From Tubiluchus corallicola (taxonomy: Eukaryota; Animalia; Priapulida): a DNA stretch of 64,000 nucleotides. Position 1 is the stretch's first letter. Every line of letters begins with the position of its first letter. The stretch lies in contig JAQGDQ010000086.1 of the NCBI GenBank assembly GCA_030141605.1, positions 491,418-555,417 of the forward strand. The letters run 5' to 3'. Below the pieces are notes generated by a model. It saw nothing but the letters and a program-made list of their open reading frames with translations. It ran no database searches and had not been told where the DNA came from. The translations under genes and the position numbers were made by a program. Below, piece after piece: positions 13,317 to 27,500 of this stretch.

Positions 13317-14843
13317 CGTGTAAGTTTTTACTGATGAAGCCAATCAAAGCGGGTTGCACGAAAAAAATTGAACATTAATTTTCCCACAAATTGTCATTAC
13401 ACTACGATTTTTAAAACTTTTTCTGACCACTCACTACATCTGTATTAGCTAGATTTTTTACTAGGTAGTTGCTACATTAGAAAAATAACTCTTGCAGTGA
13501 GTAAAAAGCGCAGTTTACAAATTAACATCCAGGATGTACAGGAATTTCCAATGACTTTGATATTGAAATTAATAGCACATTAATACCAGGCAGCCAAAAG
13601 AATAATCTCTTAATCATGTTTGCTAGAAGATATGATCTTAACGAAGACATATTTCGCTTCAATCAGTTACGAGATCAGTTACCATCAACATTGCAGCAAT
13701 TACAAGGTACCTTCGTTTGCATTCTTGAAGAACAAGACTAGAATCAGCAACGTGGCAACATTAACCCTGGAATAACCAAATTATTAAAGTGTAAAAATAA
13801 GCAATGTTGAGCCTGTTGAGTTAATAGATGGGTTTAAAACGGGCCCTTTTCGTTTACCTCGTTTAGGAGAACGTACATACCCTCTCCCCTCTCCCCCCCC
13901 GTCTGACATGTATTCAATTTTGACATTTGTAAGAAAAGGAAACCATTTGTAAGAGAAGGAAAGACCATTTTGGAACCGAATCATAATGATACCCTGCTGT
14001 CCAGGAAATCTTATTCAACAGTAATAGGACATAACCAGCGGTTCACTCCATTACTAATAACGTTATTAATAATAAAATTATTAATAAATTCGTTTAGATA
14101 AACTCAACATTTCCAGTACATTTTCAACTTATTAAAAATTACTGTAGATATAAGATTAGCATGATAGTCTTTATGGAGCCTAAACGTTTGACTCCATAAA
14201 CGAAGCTACAGAAAATGTTCCATGACATACAGTCAGTCAGTCAGTCACACCGGCATTTGATATCATTACTCCTACATCCCCATTGAAAAGGTTTGCCGTC
14301 AGTAGTAGCAGCAGCAGCAGCAGCAGCTGCCTGTTCCTATAGCAACCTAATACCTCATAATATTAATTTTCTGTACTTTTAATAACGCGGAATACTGCTA
14401 CCAGCATAATTGCTTGCCCAGTCAAGAGACTCTTAATGCGGTCTGTGCTCAGTGAAGAGAGAGGTATTGCGCTGTTTGCTTATCGAATACATCGAAAATT
14501 ATTAGCCCAACTTGCATGGATTCGAAGCTAAAGAAAACATGGCAAACGCAAACACCCAAATTAGAATTAGGCTAGTACAGCCCCGTTTGACCCGTGTTTG
14601 TGTACAGAGAGTTAAGGGTGGTAGTAAGAGCACGGTGACATTATCCTGGTGTTCATTAACTTAAGGACAATATCACTATATTCATGATAATAATGTTGTG
14701 CTAAATAAATACTTCTGTATGTAGTTAATACGTTCGAGAAAATTTGATTAGGCTCCACACAAGACCTACAACAAGTTCCACTGCATTAGGCTATAGTTAG
14801 TCTACTCTTTCCTGACAGCAGCGAAAAAAAAATCAGGTGAAAA

Positions 14844-15263
14844 TAGGGTTGCCAGACGTCCCTTATATACGAACATGTCCTACATTTGATAATTTTGTCC
14901 CCTGCCTCGTTCTGACTCCTTTCAGAGACACCAAAATATCCGGTATTTGGTTCATTTTCAAATTTCGTAATAAAAATATATTTTTACTACTTTCTTATGG
15001 TTCTTAGTTGTAACTTTATACGTAATCATACTTTCTTTTGTCAGATTCTCTTTATGAAAATAACCCAAATATAACGAGGAAACAAGTGTCACTAGATGTT
15101 TTCACAAAAGTGGCGTGTTTGCTGCCTGTTTTATGTTTTTAACTCGTGTCTCTACTTTTATATAATATATTGGTCTAGGTGCGTAGGCACACATGTATAT
15201 AGTAATACAGAGAGAGATTTTAGGAGTGTCCCGTATTTCTGATTTTCTAATCTGGCAACCCTA
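14844..15263. mobile_element. hAT-like MITE
   Basis: TIR tagggttgccaga/tctggcaacccta with perfect 8-bp TSD ggtgaaaa (14836-14843, 15264-15271). Confidence 0.9.
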
Positions 15264-15651
15264 GGTGAAAAGTAATAAATTTGTAGCAGTTAAAAAACTG
15301 GTAATTTATAAATACTAACAATTAATCATTTCTTACAATTTAGAAAAGGTACGTTCTATAATTCATGAGACAATGAACAGTTTTTCTTAATTATCTTATT
15401 TCACGTGTTAATCTATTCAGCTGTGTACAGAAGTTTTGCAATGGAAGTGTTTGCATGCTGTATAGCATGTAATTAATAATTACTGCAGCTGTGCTTGTGA
15501 CAGGTCACATAATTTACTATTTTCTATTTTTCTGATTTGAGAGACGACGACTTTAGCACTGTGCTGAACCAGTATATCTTCATCCCCACGAGATATCAAA
15601 AGAATAAAAACGTTTAAAAATTTAAAATACTGCAACAATAATAGTAAACGT

Positions 15652-15980
15652 CAACAATCAAGTAAAATATTGTTGATAATAATAGTCAACAATCAAGTAA
15701 AATATTGTTGACAATAATAGACAACAATCAAGTAAAATATTGTTGATAATAATAGTCAACAATCAAGTAAAATATTGTTGACAATAATAGACAACAATCA
15801 AGTAAAATATTGTTGATAATAATAGACAACAATCAAGTAAAATATTGTTGACAATAATAGACAACAATCAAGTAAAATATTGTTGATAATAATAGTCAAC
15901 AATCAAGTAAAATATTGTTGACAATAATAGACAACAATCAAGTAAAATATTGTTGATAATAATAGTCAACAATTAAGTAA
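15652..15980. repeat. 35-bp minisatellite with internal palindrome, about 9 copies
   Basis: Unit caacaatcaagtaaaatattgttgayaataatagw, period 35; caacaat/attgttg form an inverted pair. Confidence 0.95.
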
Positions 15981-16620
15981 GTCTTGATAATTATTAACAA
16001 GAAGTTTATTAATCCACAAGCTATATCTGTATGCATCCAACACCTAGTGGCAATTTAAAATGATATTTTAAATAATTGCTATAAGTACATTCCTGTTGAT
16101 ATTAAAAGTAAAGTTAGCGTATTAAAAGAAATGATTGATTTGCGTGAAAATATACAAGGCTGTGATGCGTTTAAATCAAATGATGTCGACTGCATTAATT
16201 AATAAAATATGTGTCAACTAGTGTGTGATTTTATTTGCGTCTTTTTAACTGTACGGATTTTCTAACTGTACTGTTTTTAACTTTTTATGTGTACCATGTA
16301 ATTTTAAATTCATGTGCGAATAAAGATCATATATATATTTAATATGATTTTTATGATAACTTTATGAAAATGGGTTATGGCGCAGGAGTTGGTCTACAGT
16401 GCACATTATTTCACCGATGTCTTCATTCTAGGATGCAAAGACACAAGACAGTATGATGAACAAAAGAGAATAACGGGGTTATTGTGTAGATGCATGATAG
16501 TACTATCATTTCATATCATATATATCATCTCACATCATTTCATCTGTATAAATATGGTACATTTTGTTAAAAATACGTATTGGAGAACAACAAAACAATG
16601 CTGATAGAAAAATTCTTTTC

Positions 16621-17233
16621 AAGAAAGAGAGGATGATTTTTCATATACTACTCCCTTTTCAAGTCCAATAAAAAATATACATTTTAGCACAATAATACTG
16701 CAAAAGCATTCCTGATAATTAAATAAAAAATTAAAACTTAATTAAAGGCGGGGGAACCCAACTATTGATGACATCACAAACTAACATAATTCTCAACAGC
16801 AAAAACATTCCACGAGCGTGTTGCACGTGTTTGCGAAAGCGAAAATTGAAGTAGAGTGCTACTGTAAGATATTCAGTGCGTTGTATTAAAACTAGGCAAA
16901 TTTTAAGATAAAAATTGAAATTTCAAATTTACTGCTGTGCTCACGCATGAGCTGTTGAACGTGTGTAGTTCATCACAAACTAACACACCTGAACTGAGAG
17001 ATACAGCACCTGTTTTTTGTGCAATGCATTTCCAAAATGCAGGTACTAGTACCCATCTAACTAGTGAATGGCGAAATGCATGTAACAGGAGAACTAGTGG
17101 CGCGAACGTGAAATTGTGTTTGTGTAGTAATAATTCCACGCAAGTCATTTTTGAAAAAAATAGTATGTCCTTTCAATAGTTTGAAGAGTAGATTGTTTTG
17201 ACCTACAGTTTAAGAGTGAGGCCGGTTTTGCTC
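16621..17233 (+). mobile_element. Kolobok-like MITE, inverted copy of 42857-43433
   Basis: Alignable by eye along its whole length to the reverse complement of 42857-43433; the spurious ORFs of the two copies also mirror each other. Confidence 0.8.
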
Positions 17234-17683
17234 TCAGTTACTGTTCTGCAACTAATGCAATTAGTTCGGTTTTGCTTTCAGTTACTGTTCTGCAATTAAT
17301 GCAATTAGTTTTTAAACATACAAGTATAATGTGGCACTGGCATTTAGTTAAGTTCATTTACTAAATTACTACATAAAACAACAGAAGCAAAGTTGCCGTT
17401 TTGTCTGATAATGTATATCATATTGGAGGCTAAAAATGATCATATTATCTGCCAGATTATCATATCTTTGTCCGAAATCCAAAATTATTGCATATAAATT
17501 TGCAGCAAGTTATTATTGTTGTACAAGTATGTACTTAAATAAGTAGTAACTACAGCATCAACAAGTAGCATTAACAAGTGTAATATTAAATTTATCAAAA
17601 CATTATGTAAGAGCACTATGGCTTCAATTGTGCCAACACTCCCCTCTGTCACTTTGGTTACATCCTACTTGTGACATAGGCAT

Positions 17684-17872
17684 TACTACTTAACTGTTAA
17701 GTGTAATATTAAATTTATCAAAACATTGTGAAATGAGCACTAACTACGACCCGTACGATTCGGACTACAGAGAAAGGCTTTACTACTTAACTGTTAAGTG
17801 TAATATTAAATTTATCAAAACATTGTGAAATGAGCACTAACTACGATCCGTACGATTCGGACTACAGAGAAA
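17684..17872. repeat. 97-bp tandem duplication (partial third copy near 17576)
   Basis: tactacttaactgttaagtgtaatatt...cggactacagagaaa at 17684 and 17781. Confidence 0.9.
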
Positions 17873-18034
17873 AACCAAAGTTCATTTACTTTCAAGTGGT
17901 TAGCAGTAACATTTTAAATGTTGTCAATAAACAAATTTTTCAGACTTTTGTTTTGTTTCACATCTAAATTATTGTATAATTATAGAATATCGTATAGTCT
18001 CTTTTTGTACAGCATGAGGCCTCAAATTGATGCG

Positions 18035-18560
18035 CAGTAAACTCCACGTAGCTCAACAAAATCACGTAACTCAAATTTTAGGCTAACTCAAAGAATTTCA
18101 ACAGAATAGATGAAATCCTTCATTTTTCCCACAGAAAACATCGCTTAACCCAAAATTTCGCCTAACTCAAATAAAAAGTTATGGCCCAATTAATCATATA
18201 AACATGTAACTTACTTTGCCTAGAACTCAAAAAGCAATTTATACTCTAGAAAAATAAAAAGTTTCGTAAATAAATAAACGAACTCTGCATAAACTGAACT
18301 GCAGTATGTAAGACGCTGGTAGCCCCACTGTCATATTATTTAACTGTGTTGTGTACGCGCCCTCGCGTAATATAAAAAAAATAGTGTTTCACTACATAAT
18401 TTGTTATTCTTTATGTAATCGTCATCAAATCTGATCATGTATAGAAGGGTTGAGTTTCTGACTCCTATTTAGCTTGCCATCTGGAGGAGGGGTTTAGAGT
18501 TTCTATAATGGAAAATGGTTTTTGGTATGGTTGGATTCCAGTTATGCCGAGTTTACTGTA
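18035..18560. mobile_element. pogo/Tigger-like MITE remnant
   Basis: cagtaaactc...gagtttactgta inverted ends and repeated taactcaaa subterminal words. Confidence 0.45.
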
Positions 18561-18690
18561 GTATCTTTTTGTATGTACAGCATGCGGTCTCAAATTGTTG
18601 TACATGCATATTCAGATAATTATCTTATAAATGGCAATGCTGGTCAAAAAGAAAAGAACTTGGTCAGTAAGACAAGCCGCACTGACTTAC

Positions 18691-19032
18691 CAGTATCCTC
18701 CCAGTAGTAGTTTGACCAGAAATTAGTTCTCCGGCCCAGTCCTTGGCCTCCGTCATCCATGTCACGTCTCCAGTCGTGGCATCCCCGGGCGCGGTCGGAC
18801 TAAGCGGACTCAACTGCCCGACTGGCTTGACTACTTTGGGGTCAGCGATGACCTCGGTCGATTCCGAGCTCTTCCATTTTCCACAGCAGACGTAACTGCA
18901 CACCCGCCACAAGCTGACGGCGATGATGCAAAACAGGAATGTTGCAACGCTGGACAGGAGAAATGCCCACCATTTGGGACCCCCATTCTTGGGGTCCAAG
19001 CAATCGTCTGATGATTCGTTAAACGAAGCCAT
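18691..19032 (-). CDS. slo (KCNMA1): Slowpoke/BK large-conductance Ca2+-activated K+ channel alpha subunit, first coding exon (N-terminus, S0, S0-S1 loop); the rest of the gene lies left of the window
   Basis: WWAFLLSSVATFLFCIIAVSLWR is the S0 helix. MTEAKDWAGELISGQTTTGRIL matches the Drosophila-type Slo pre-S1 motif. 342 nt (114 codons), ending in a phase-0 donor CTG|GTAAGT at 18690. No exon 2 (VVLVF..SIASL) was found in 1-18690. Confidence 0.96.
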
Positions 19033-20239
19033 TTGTTAGATATGAAGTATAAATGTATCAACTTCAAACACTGCCATTTGTTGCGTAAACTGCGTTCTAG
19101 TTCGCAATTTCATAAAACAGGGGTATGTTTATCTAACTGCACCAGCAACACTACAAATAACTGCAATTACGACTGAACTGAAAACCATTGTTTTACGAAA
19201 TTATTAAACTCCTACTGCCAGACAACATTAAACAGCAAATGGCAGACAAGATGTATTTATTTTCAGGTAAGAGTAAAACGTACTAAATTCACGTAACTGT
19301 CTATTTTACATTAGTTTTGGGCACACAATTGGCTGCTATAGGCGCAGGTAACTTTGATATAAACACCTAAAACTACTGTCGTCTGCCTTTACGTTATCCA
19401 ATAAATAATTGAAATTTCTCTTCGAAACGACTGAGCTCACTGACAAATTCCATTTACGACATCTCGCGTTTCGGCAGAGCCAGCAATTATAATAACATTC
19501 ACGATAACATCAACTGCAGCAGAAAAAGATCAAAAACTCAACGCTAATATCCACTAAACCACCCAGTTTGCACAGAGCCATTTTGCTTCGCATTCAACAC
19601 ATTAAAAACAGGTTTGCATCCGTGGACTGATCACATAATTATTGAAGCCAGTGAAGTGAAGAGGTGCTACGATAGTTGCGGTCATCCCGTTTCTACGTGA
19701 GTTTCTAAGAGACCCAAGCCGTATCGAATTTTGTTATAGTTACACACCAGCAGAAACATTCACCGCAAATATCCATATCGATTCTGCGAAAGACAGCTAG
19801 ATCTGCACCTAGCCAAAGATTTGCCTAAAACGCGAGGTAACAAAAAGGCGTGGTACCTATCAACAGCCGCAGTACTTGCTGTACGAGATTCACATTCTTG
19901 TTAAGGTGGCAGCAGCAGTTATGGCTTGAATGGCTTCAACAATAATCTAAGGTTCAAAACGGTTGACAATGTACCCAACGGATGGCGCCACAATACCAAG
20001 CGGGAAGTGCTGCTGTAGTGTGTGTACCATTACTAGTCTCTTTAGCTTTATTTTATAATTGCTTCATTTTTTATGGCAAGGATCGACGTAAAAGTTATTG
20101 TATACAGAAATATTAATGAATGTTGCAATTTTTCACTGAAGTTCAGATGAGCAAGGACACAATTGTTGCACTAATCTCTGTGATTTGCTCCTACAGGGCA
20201 GTTATATTATACTGTCTTGATTAGGGATTAACCTAGTAC

Positions 20240-20570
20240 ACTCATAGAGACTTCCCTTTTTGTCAATAAATAAATTGTCGATTAAGGACTTAAACTTTAC
20301 TATGGTTGGTGTGGCAATTACCATGGCAGGCAGACTATTCTATTCATTCACAACTCTCACAGCTAATGAATATTTACGAATGTTAAGACGTGACCACTCC
20401 TTAATCAGTTTTAAACTATGTTCTCTAGTTTTAGAATCAACAACTAAATTAAAGAATTTTTCAGGCAAAATGTTTTCTTTTCTAGTGAGTGTTTTGTAAA
20501 CTTGAATAAGGTCTCTACAGTGTTTTCTTAATTCAAGCGTGTTTAAATTACAATATTTCAATCTTGTTTC
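20240..20570 (-). mobile_element. CR1-clade LINE, decayed 3' end of ORF2
   Basis: LELRKHCRDLIQVYK...KTREHSLKL...RLNIRKYSLAVRVVNE*NSLP matches the CR1 C-terminal motif (RRLRGDLIEVYK...RTRGH..KL...FFS.RVV..WN.LP). Confidence 0.85.
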
Positions 20571-21544
20571 AGCAGTTGCTCACTAATTTTATTTTAATTT
20601 CTGGCAGTTAATCAACCAACAATGTTTATATTGCTATCAACCAAACTAAATATATAATGTGTGCTTGCATAGCAAAAGTGTCCATAAGTCGGAAATTAAG
20701 GTTTTCTAGTTATTCACATATCCCGAATCTCCATTTCATGTGGATCATTTTGATACCAAGCTCTATGTTATTTCCAAGTTGAGATAATCCACGTTGACGT
20801 CATGATGCACACTGAAAAATGTAACCTTGAGAAAATCGCTATGAAAGTTGGCCATTGTTTTTGTAGCATTTCTACAAAACATATGAAAGGTTGGTCGCTA
20901 TGGATTTTGTAAGGACAACTTGAAGTTATAATTAAATCCAGTAGATGGCTCTTCCAGACGAAGATATGGGCTTGACAACAGAAAAAACCCGAAGCAAAAC
21001 TCGATGACTGTTTCCACGAGCTATTATCGGAGTTTGAAGAGACAAGTTTTTTTTAGAATTGCTATTAGAAGTACTATTTTCTAGTCAGAAAAATGGGTAC
21101 GGGGTTATAAAATTAGATTTTTAGTATTTTTTGAACTTTTTCTTGATAATTTGATGCTAGACTATAAAAATATTTAGCATATATAGTATATATATTTATA
21201 TAAAATAACTTCAATAGTTTTGTGATCAATGCAGTGAAAATACAGTTACTAAAATAAAAAAAAGAAGTTGTTTGAGTTTTTTATTTTAATGTACCTAAAA
21301 CTGTACAAAAATGGTACACTAACAAAGCCTACTTCCAAATAAATTTATAAAATCAGATTAGAAAATCAATAGTTCAAATTCCTGAACAGCTTATTCATGT
21401 TTACTGATTTTACGTACACCAAAAGAAGTGATGACAAAAGAAATAATATTCTCAACTCCGTTTAAATACTTTTCTGTCTTATTGGTTACAATATAATAAA
21501 GATAAAAAGGAATTTACTATAGACAAAAGCTGATGTTGTGTGTC

Positions 21545-24500
21545 TCAAGGCTCCAGATCAAAACCAATTCCGAATTTGTGACCGCCTGCGTTCAAACTCT
21601 TTGCTTCGATGAGTGCTGACAGCGTAACTTTAATACCTGTTAACAATGAAATATTAATGATATAGTGGTTAAACATTATACAGAAGCTCAAAATGAATCA
21701 CCATGTAATCAATAACAACAAAACATAAGAGCACGATATAGCATGGAAAGCAAATGATCATTCAAGAAATATCTTTGTAGGTCTACTGAAGAATATAAAG
21801 GGAAGCAAAGCAATTCAAGTAATGTAACTATCTTGGAGGCCTACTGAATAATGAGAGAATATAAAGGAAAGGAAAGTAATTCAAGAAATGTAAATATCTT
21901 GGAAGTCTATCCAATACTGAGTGAGTATAAAGGGAAGGAAAGTACTAGCCTTAGCAGCACGCTAAAAGCCAACATAAATATTCAATAACAAAAATACCTT
22001 GGAACAAATCCAAATTGTATCTGTATTAACAGAATCTGTATTCCTTTATAAGTATAAATTGTGATTATTGAAATGTGGACAGTGAAGCCATGAGAAAGAA
22101 ATGGATGCATTACAATGCAAGCTAATATACAAAAACCTGAGTGGACTAAATAGCCAAAGAACATAGAGAAGAATACTGCATTAATGTACAATTCTCACTT
22201 TATTCTTACTCTCTCTCAAAGAATCAGGGATGTTAACGAAACGAAGATTTCGTTTTGGTTTGCCGATAATTGCACTTCGGCTCAGTTTCATTTTCGTAGT
22301 GGAAACTTTCAGTAATTTTCGGTAACATTTTTCCGAGATTTCTGTAGTATTTATCCAGCTTACCTAGTTTTTTTATGGCAATGTGGCATATCTTCAGCAC
22401 TGATGACTGTGAAGCTCTCAGGCAAAATCAACCGAATTATTACAGCATAATTTGAATAAAACTAAGTTTAATCGATATTTTATGAAATATAGGCAAAAAA
22501 AATGTACAAATTAAAATTTGTCAATTTTTCTGAAACATCATGATCTTAAACCATAAACATTGTTCTAGTGTTTTTTTTTTGTTTTTTTTGTTTAAGATTT
22601 TTTGCCTAGCTACATCATCAAACTTGTATCAAAGCAAATAAAAGCAAACGAGTAAAAACAAAGTATTTTATTTATTTCAGAATTCTTCAGTTTTGATAGT
22701 AGTCCGTTTTGCAAAATGATTTCGGTTCGGTTCAGTTTCGTTTCAGTATTGGTTTCCCGTGTTTCATAAATTTCGGTTTCGCTTTGTAATTTCAGTTTCA
22801 GTAACATCCCTGGTTGAAAGCATGACGAAATAATGAAAAAGTAACGGCAGCACAGATTCAGTAATAAATTTCTACAATTCATCAGGTGAAATACAGAAGA
22901 TCCGTTTCCGTTTCTACATCATTATCCAGCTGCCATCACTCCACCTACACATTGTCCGACTACAATGGCTACAGCCGTGCAAAGGATTTTATATGAAAAA
23001 TTAAAAAAAAACCTGCATATTCCAACATTCTATATCTACGGGGTAGACAAGCAGATGTGTATGTATATATATACTGAAGTCGTATGCAATTGTACATTTA
23101 ACACTGATATGACTTAATTTTGAATATCTTTGTCCATTGGGAATATACATTTACCAACTTTTTCTTAAATATTTAGCTTCCTAAACTTCTGTCTTTTGGG
23201 TAAATATTTGTCATATATGTCTTGAACTAGTAACAGTGGTTTTTTTCAAATTGTTTTTACTGCTCTATGGTACTTTTTATGTAGTAGTGAAATGAAATCT
23301 ACTGTATTTTTTGTTTATTTGATCAATATTCTGACATTACATCCTTTTTAAGAATGAGTAGCCAAAGGTATGTGCACAATCTTAGATTCGCATAATAAAA
23401 AGCCAAATTCTTTTTTCCTAAATAAACTAACAGAGACCACCCCCCTGTCAAATTAAAATTTGAAGTATTCAAAGAGGAGATCAGAAGGGTTTCCTTATTC
23501 TTTCTGTCAACTGTGTTTTTGCACTTTCTAATTAATTTGATAGCAATAGGAGCCTTTAGCAGTGATTTAGCATGGCTACTGGCACAATTTTTTCAAGAAG
23601 AGTTTGAATCCTGTATCATCAGGATGGTCATTGTAAGTTTATTTAGAAGAAAACTATTTGAATGGAATTTGGTGTCTATTCTGTTAATCTAAGAATGTGC
23701 ATATTATACTTATGGCTACATATTCTTGAAAAGCGTGTAATGTCGAAATATGTTCAAATAAACAAAAAAGCCACCGGCTTTTACTGCACTAAGTGTGGTT
23801 TATCTATTTACATGTTATACTTTAGAATGAAACTTGCAAGAAGCATTAAAACTAGTTAAAACTTTAAACATAAAATAAATAACAAATAATTAAAAAAAGC
23901 TTAAATATCACATACCTTGTCTAAGCTGTTGTGTATATCCCAGCCCGATTTGACTTGAATTGTTCACTTTAGCCTAAACATAAAAACATGAAAGATTAGC
24001 ATTCATTTATCGAGATTTTAAGTGGAACTGACTGCCATAGAACCATAATAGAACTGAGAATCATTTGCAATTTGTAGATAAAAATAACACAACTTTATTA
24101 AAAACTTTTACATTAAAAAGTTATAAATTAAAATCATGCCAAATGTTTTGACTAGCTGCTGCTGTAGTCTGTTTGTGTAGATGGTAAATTTACAAACATA
24201 AACCAGCTTATATAGGCAGAGCCTATTACACACTAATTTAGTAGTTAACAGAAGCCAAACAGGTAATGAATGAACAGACCAGTAAAGAAATTGATACAGC
24301 AACTTAAGCACTAATTATGTGTTTACAGAAGCCAAATAGGTAAACAGACCCGAAGAAAAGAAATTGATATAGTAAATGTTTGAAAATGAAGTTAAAGGAA
24401 TTGAATGGCTTTGTACATTAAGAGGAGGTTTATTATGGTACATAGATAAACTTTCTTTTATTAATAAGTCTCAGTTATTTGTAAGCTGATTTTAATCATT

Positions 24501-27500
24501 TCAGCATTGTGACCATTGAGGAGAATTCTTTAATTTTTTGCCAGTTTTAGACAAAATACGTGCAATTCATAATGTTTGTAACAGACAATTCGTAATAGAC
24601 GAAAAACTTTCAATTTATCTACAATGTGACACATTATTTTGGTCATAAACCATTTCCAGCAATAACCAAGACAAAGCCAAACCAGAGGCGCCGGAGTCAA
24701 GGGGCAGAGGGGGCAGCATCCCCCTTGCCCTTTCCCAAGGGGGGGGGGTTGCAGGAGCAGAACTTTGCTTATTGATGGAAAATGTGTAGTTATCCATGAT
24801 TAACCCGAAAAGTTTACGGGAACATGATGAAAAAATTAGTATGTATGTAAAAATGTGTTTGTGCTTAATTTGTCTTTTCTAGCTGGTATTATGAAAACAT
24901 GTAAGAGGCAGAAGGCATTTGGGGTGCCTTAGATATACCCTTATACACAAGTCACATCGTCATTAGCGTGGCCACAGAAATGCGGGTAAACAAAATGTGC
25001 GCTTTTCGTAAATGCTGCCCATACCACTGTAATTTGGTGCCGGCGTCCCTGAGCCAAACTGTCACGTTGTAAATGTTGAAGAACTTTGAATACAAGAAAA
25101 TGCTAAGATAACTGATTTGAACATCAGTTAGAATGTTGCATGCCAATAACAAAAGTTCAGCTTAGAGACATCTAGACATTCAGAAACGCGAAAATGAAGA
25201 TTCTGGAAATAATGCAGCAGGACCAATGTATATAAAACTGACACAAAGTTGTCTCAAAATTTTCATATCAACACATACATAACAAGACGGTACACACAGG
25301 TGAAAGACAGGTGACAGATAAGATGTTACACTCTTTACCTAACCATGAAAAGACTTGCTTTATCTATCATTTACTCTGTGTTATAAGTGACTAATTTGCA
25401 GGGTTCTGGGTTCAATTCCTACCAACCTATTACCAGAAGTACCCCAACAGCACATTTTTCATTTTGCAATATAATTTGTTGAGCAACTGTTTATATACTA
25501 CAAATTACAAATTTAAACGTAATGCTTACGTTAACTGACGTATCTTTGTCCAAACTGTATTTTGCCGCCAATGCGAACCTCGTCGCATTGCTACCTGCAG
25601 TCCAGCTCAAGTTTACTGCAGTATCCAACTTGTTGTTTACCTTCTGAAAGATGGCGCCACAGAACTCCTGGCCATCATTGCTAAAACACGAAAATAAGAG
25701 GATATAGTCTTAAATATCAAGGTAAATTTGAATCAAATACTACGTGAACACTAGATAAAAGCTTATATACTTTCTGAACTAATGGTTTAAATCACCAATT
25801 ATTGAAAAAAGTAAACCACTTCAAAGTGGACAAGCTGAAATTGTATTGTCAAACTAAGCAGGTTCTACAGTTTTTCGTAAGAGATTTTTTTGCAAACAGA
25901 GCCCTAATTTAAAAGATAAAATTTATCTATCTTACAAATAAACTCATCAAATTTTACTTACAACAAAAGTAAATACACAACCAACTATCATCAACTACAA
26001 AATTTAGCAGTAGATATGTAAATGTTTGGAGTGCAACAAAACGCTTTTACTGATTTCAAAGTTCACACTAAAACATGAAATACTAAAGATAAGATCACCT
26101 CAGACCAGGCATTTCCACTTAAATCAAATTGGTGCTGTATAATATACTGCAAACTAAAAACATTTTTTATTGCAACACAAAGAAAAAAAATTGTCCGCCA
26201 AAAATGGAACAGGCTTAGCAAAAATATTTTTTGTGAAAAATCAACATTGTATAAAATAACGTATAAAATTGGTATTTTGAAAGTGACAGGTGATCATACA
26301 GGTAATTGTCAACGTATGACATATGCAACCTTTTCGTAAGATCATAGTGGCTTTCCGTAGCACGCGCTGCTTAAGCCAATTTAAACTTCCGCAGCTTACT
26401 TAATGTTCATGGAAAACTAATAGAAAATCAGCTATCTAATGTTTTTGTAAAAACTTATTGCACTTTTGATGAAGATTGGCAGTGCGTTACTTTACTTCAA
26501 GAAGAATGACGCTATTGGAAGAAGAATGGGAATTAAAAATAAGAGCGCCCAAACTTGAAGTGATCCTGATTTCAAAGTGATTTTACTAATTACACGAGAT
26601 GCTTTTTGCAGTTTTATTACTAAATCCTTTTAACATTTTTCGCAAACACTGAAATAAGCCTAACTTCCCAGAAGGCCTGGCCTTTCCTTTAAGTTTAAAA
26701 AACTGCAAGCCTAAGCAAATACCTAAGCAAATGCAAAACCATTTCTGCAGAAACTGCACTTATCGTCTCACGTGAATAGCTAGTAGGCAATCTCAAAAAA
26801 GAGTAGTACAATTTTTACAGACTTTGGCATATTGCCAGCCGAAATCCAGCGCTACTCAACAGAATGCTTGTGACATTACTAGGGCCTAGCTCCCACATCA
26901 AGAACATCCTTAAGATAAGCCGCTGAACCGTCCATTAGACGTGCCACAGCTAATTTCGGATTGAGACTGCCCGTATACATCTTTCCACTATGAAACCTAA
27001 GTTTATGAATGGTTCTTCCTCAAGCGAGTATCGAACACACACCACTTGCATGCTAGCGCACCGGCATATCTACTTAGCCGTTAACCCCCCAGTCCCTTGT
27101 GATTCCAGTTATACAGAATTCTGAAGCAGATACGTACACATTAGTATGTAAAATGAAATCATCCGTGCAGTAACCAATAGCAAAGTTGTTCTTCGTCATT
27201 TTTGATTTGGCTGTATCGAATGAAGCTTGGTAACCACCTAACCAACCTTGATACCTGAGAGTAATAAAAATGTAAAAATGAGAAAAATTAGAAAAATAAT
27301 GCAAAGTAGAAATTAGATAAATGCTTCCTAGCCTAGCAAAACATTTCAACTCTGACTGGTAGCCATAAATTTTATCAATAACCTATAATGAAAAACAAAC
27401 AATTGCCATACACATAAATTTAAAAATTCTTGTTGACAGCAACATTTTTAAAGACAAAATAAACCCTCACTATAATATAAGCTTTTACAACCTAAAATCC

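Noticed and set aside
15652-15980. CRISPR array
   Set aside because: Palindromic 35-bp repeats but no unique spacers, no cas genes, and eukaryotic context.
21470-21547. VDAC stop-codon read-through extension
   Set aside because: Stop context is TGA-G (not leaky), and the downstream frame has no recognisable targeting signal.
27020-27090. tRNA gene
   Set aside because: A/B-box-like words are present but there is no acceptor stem or cloverleaf; better explained as a SINE head.
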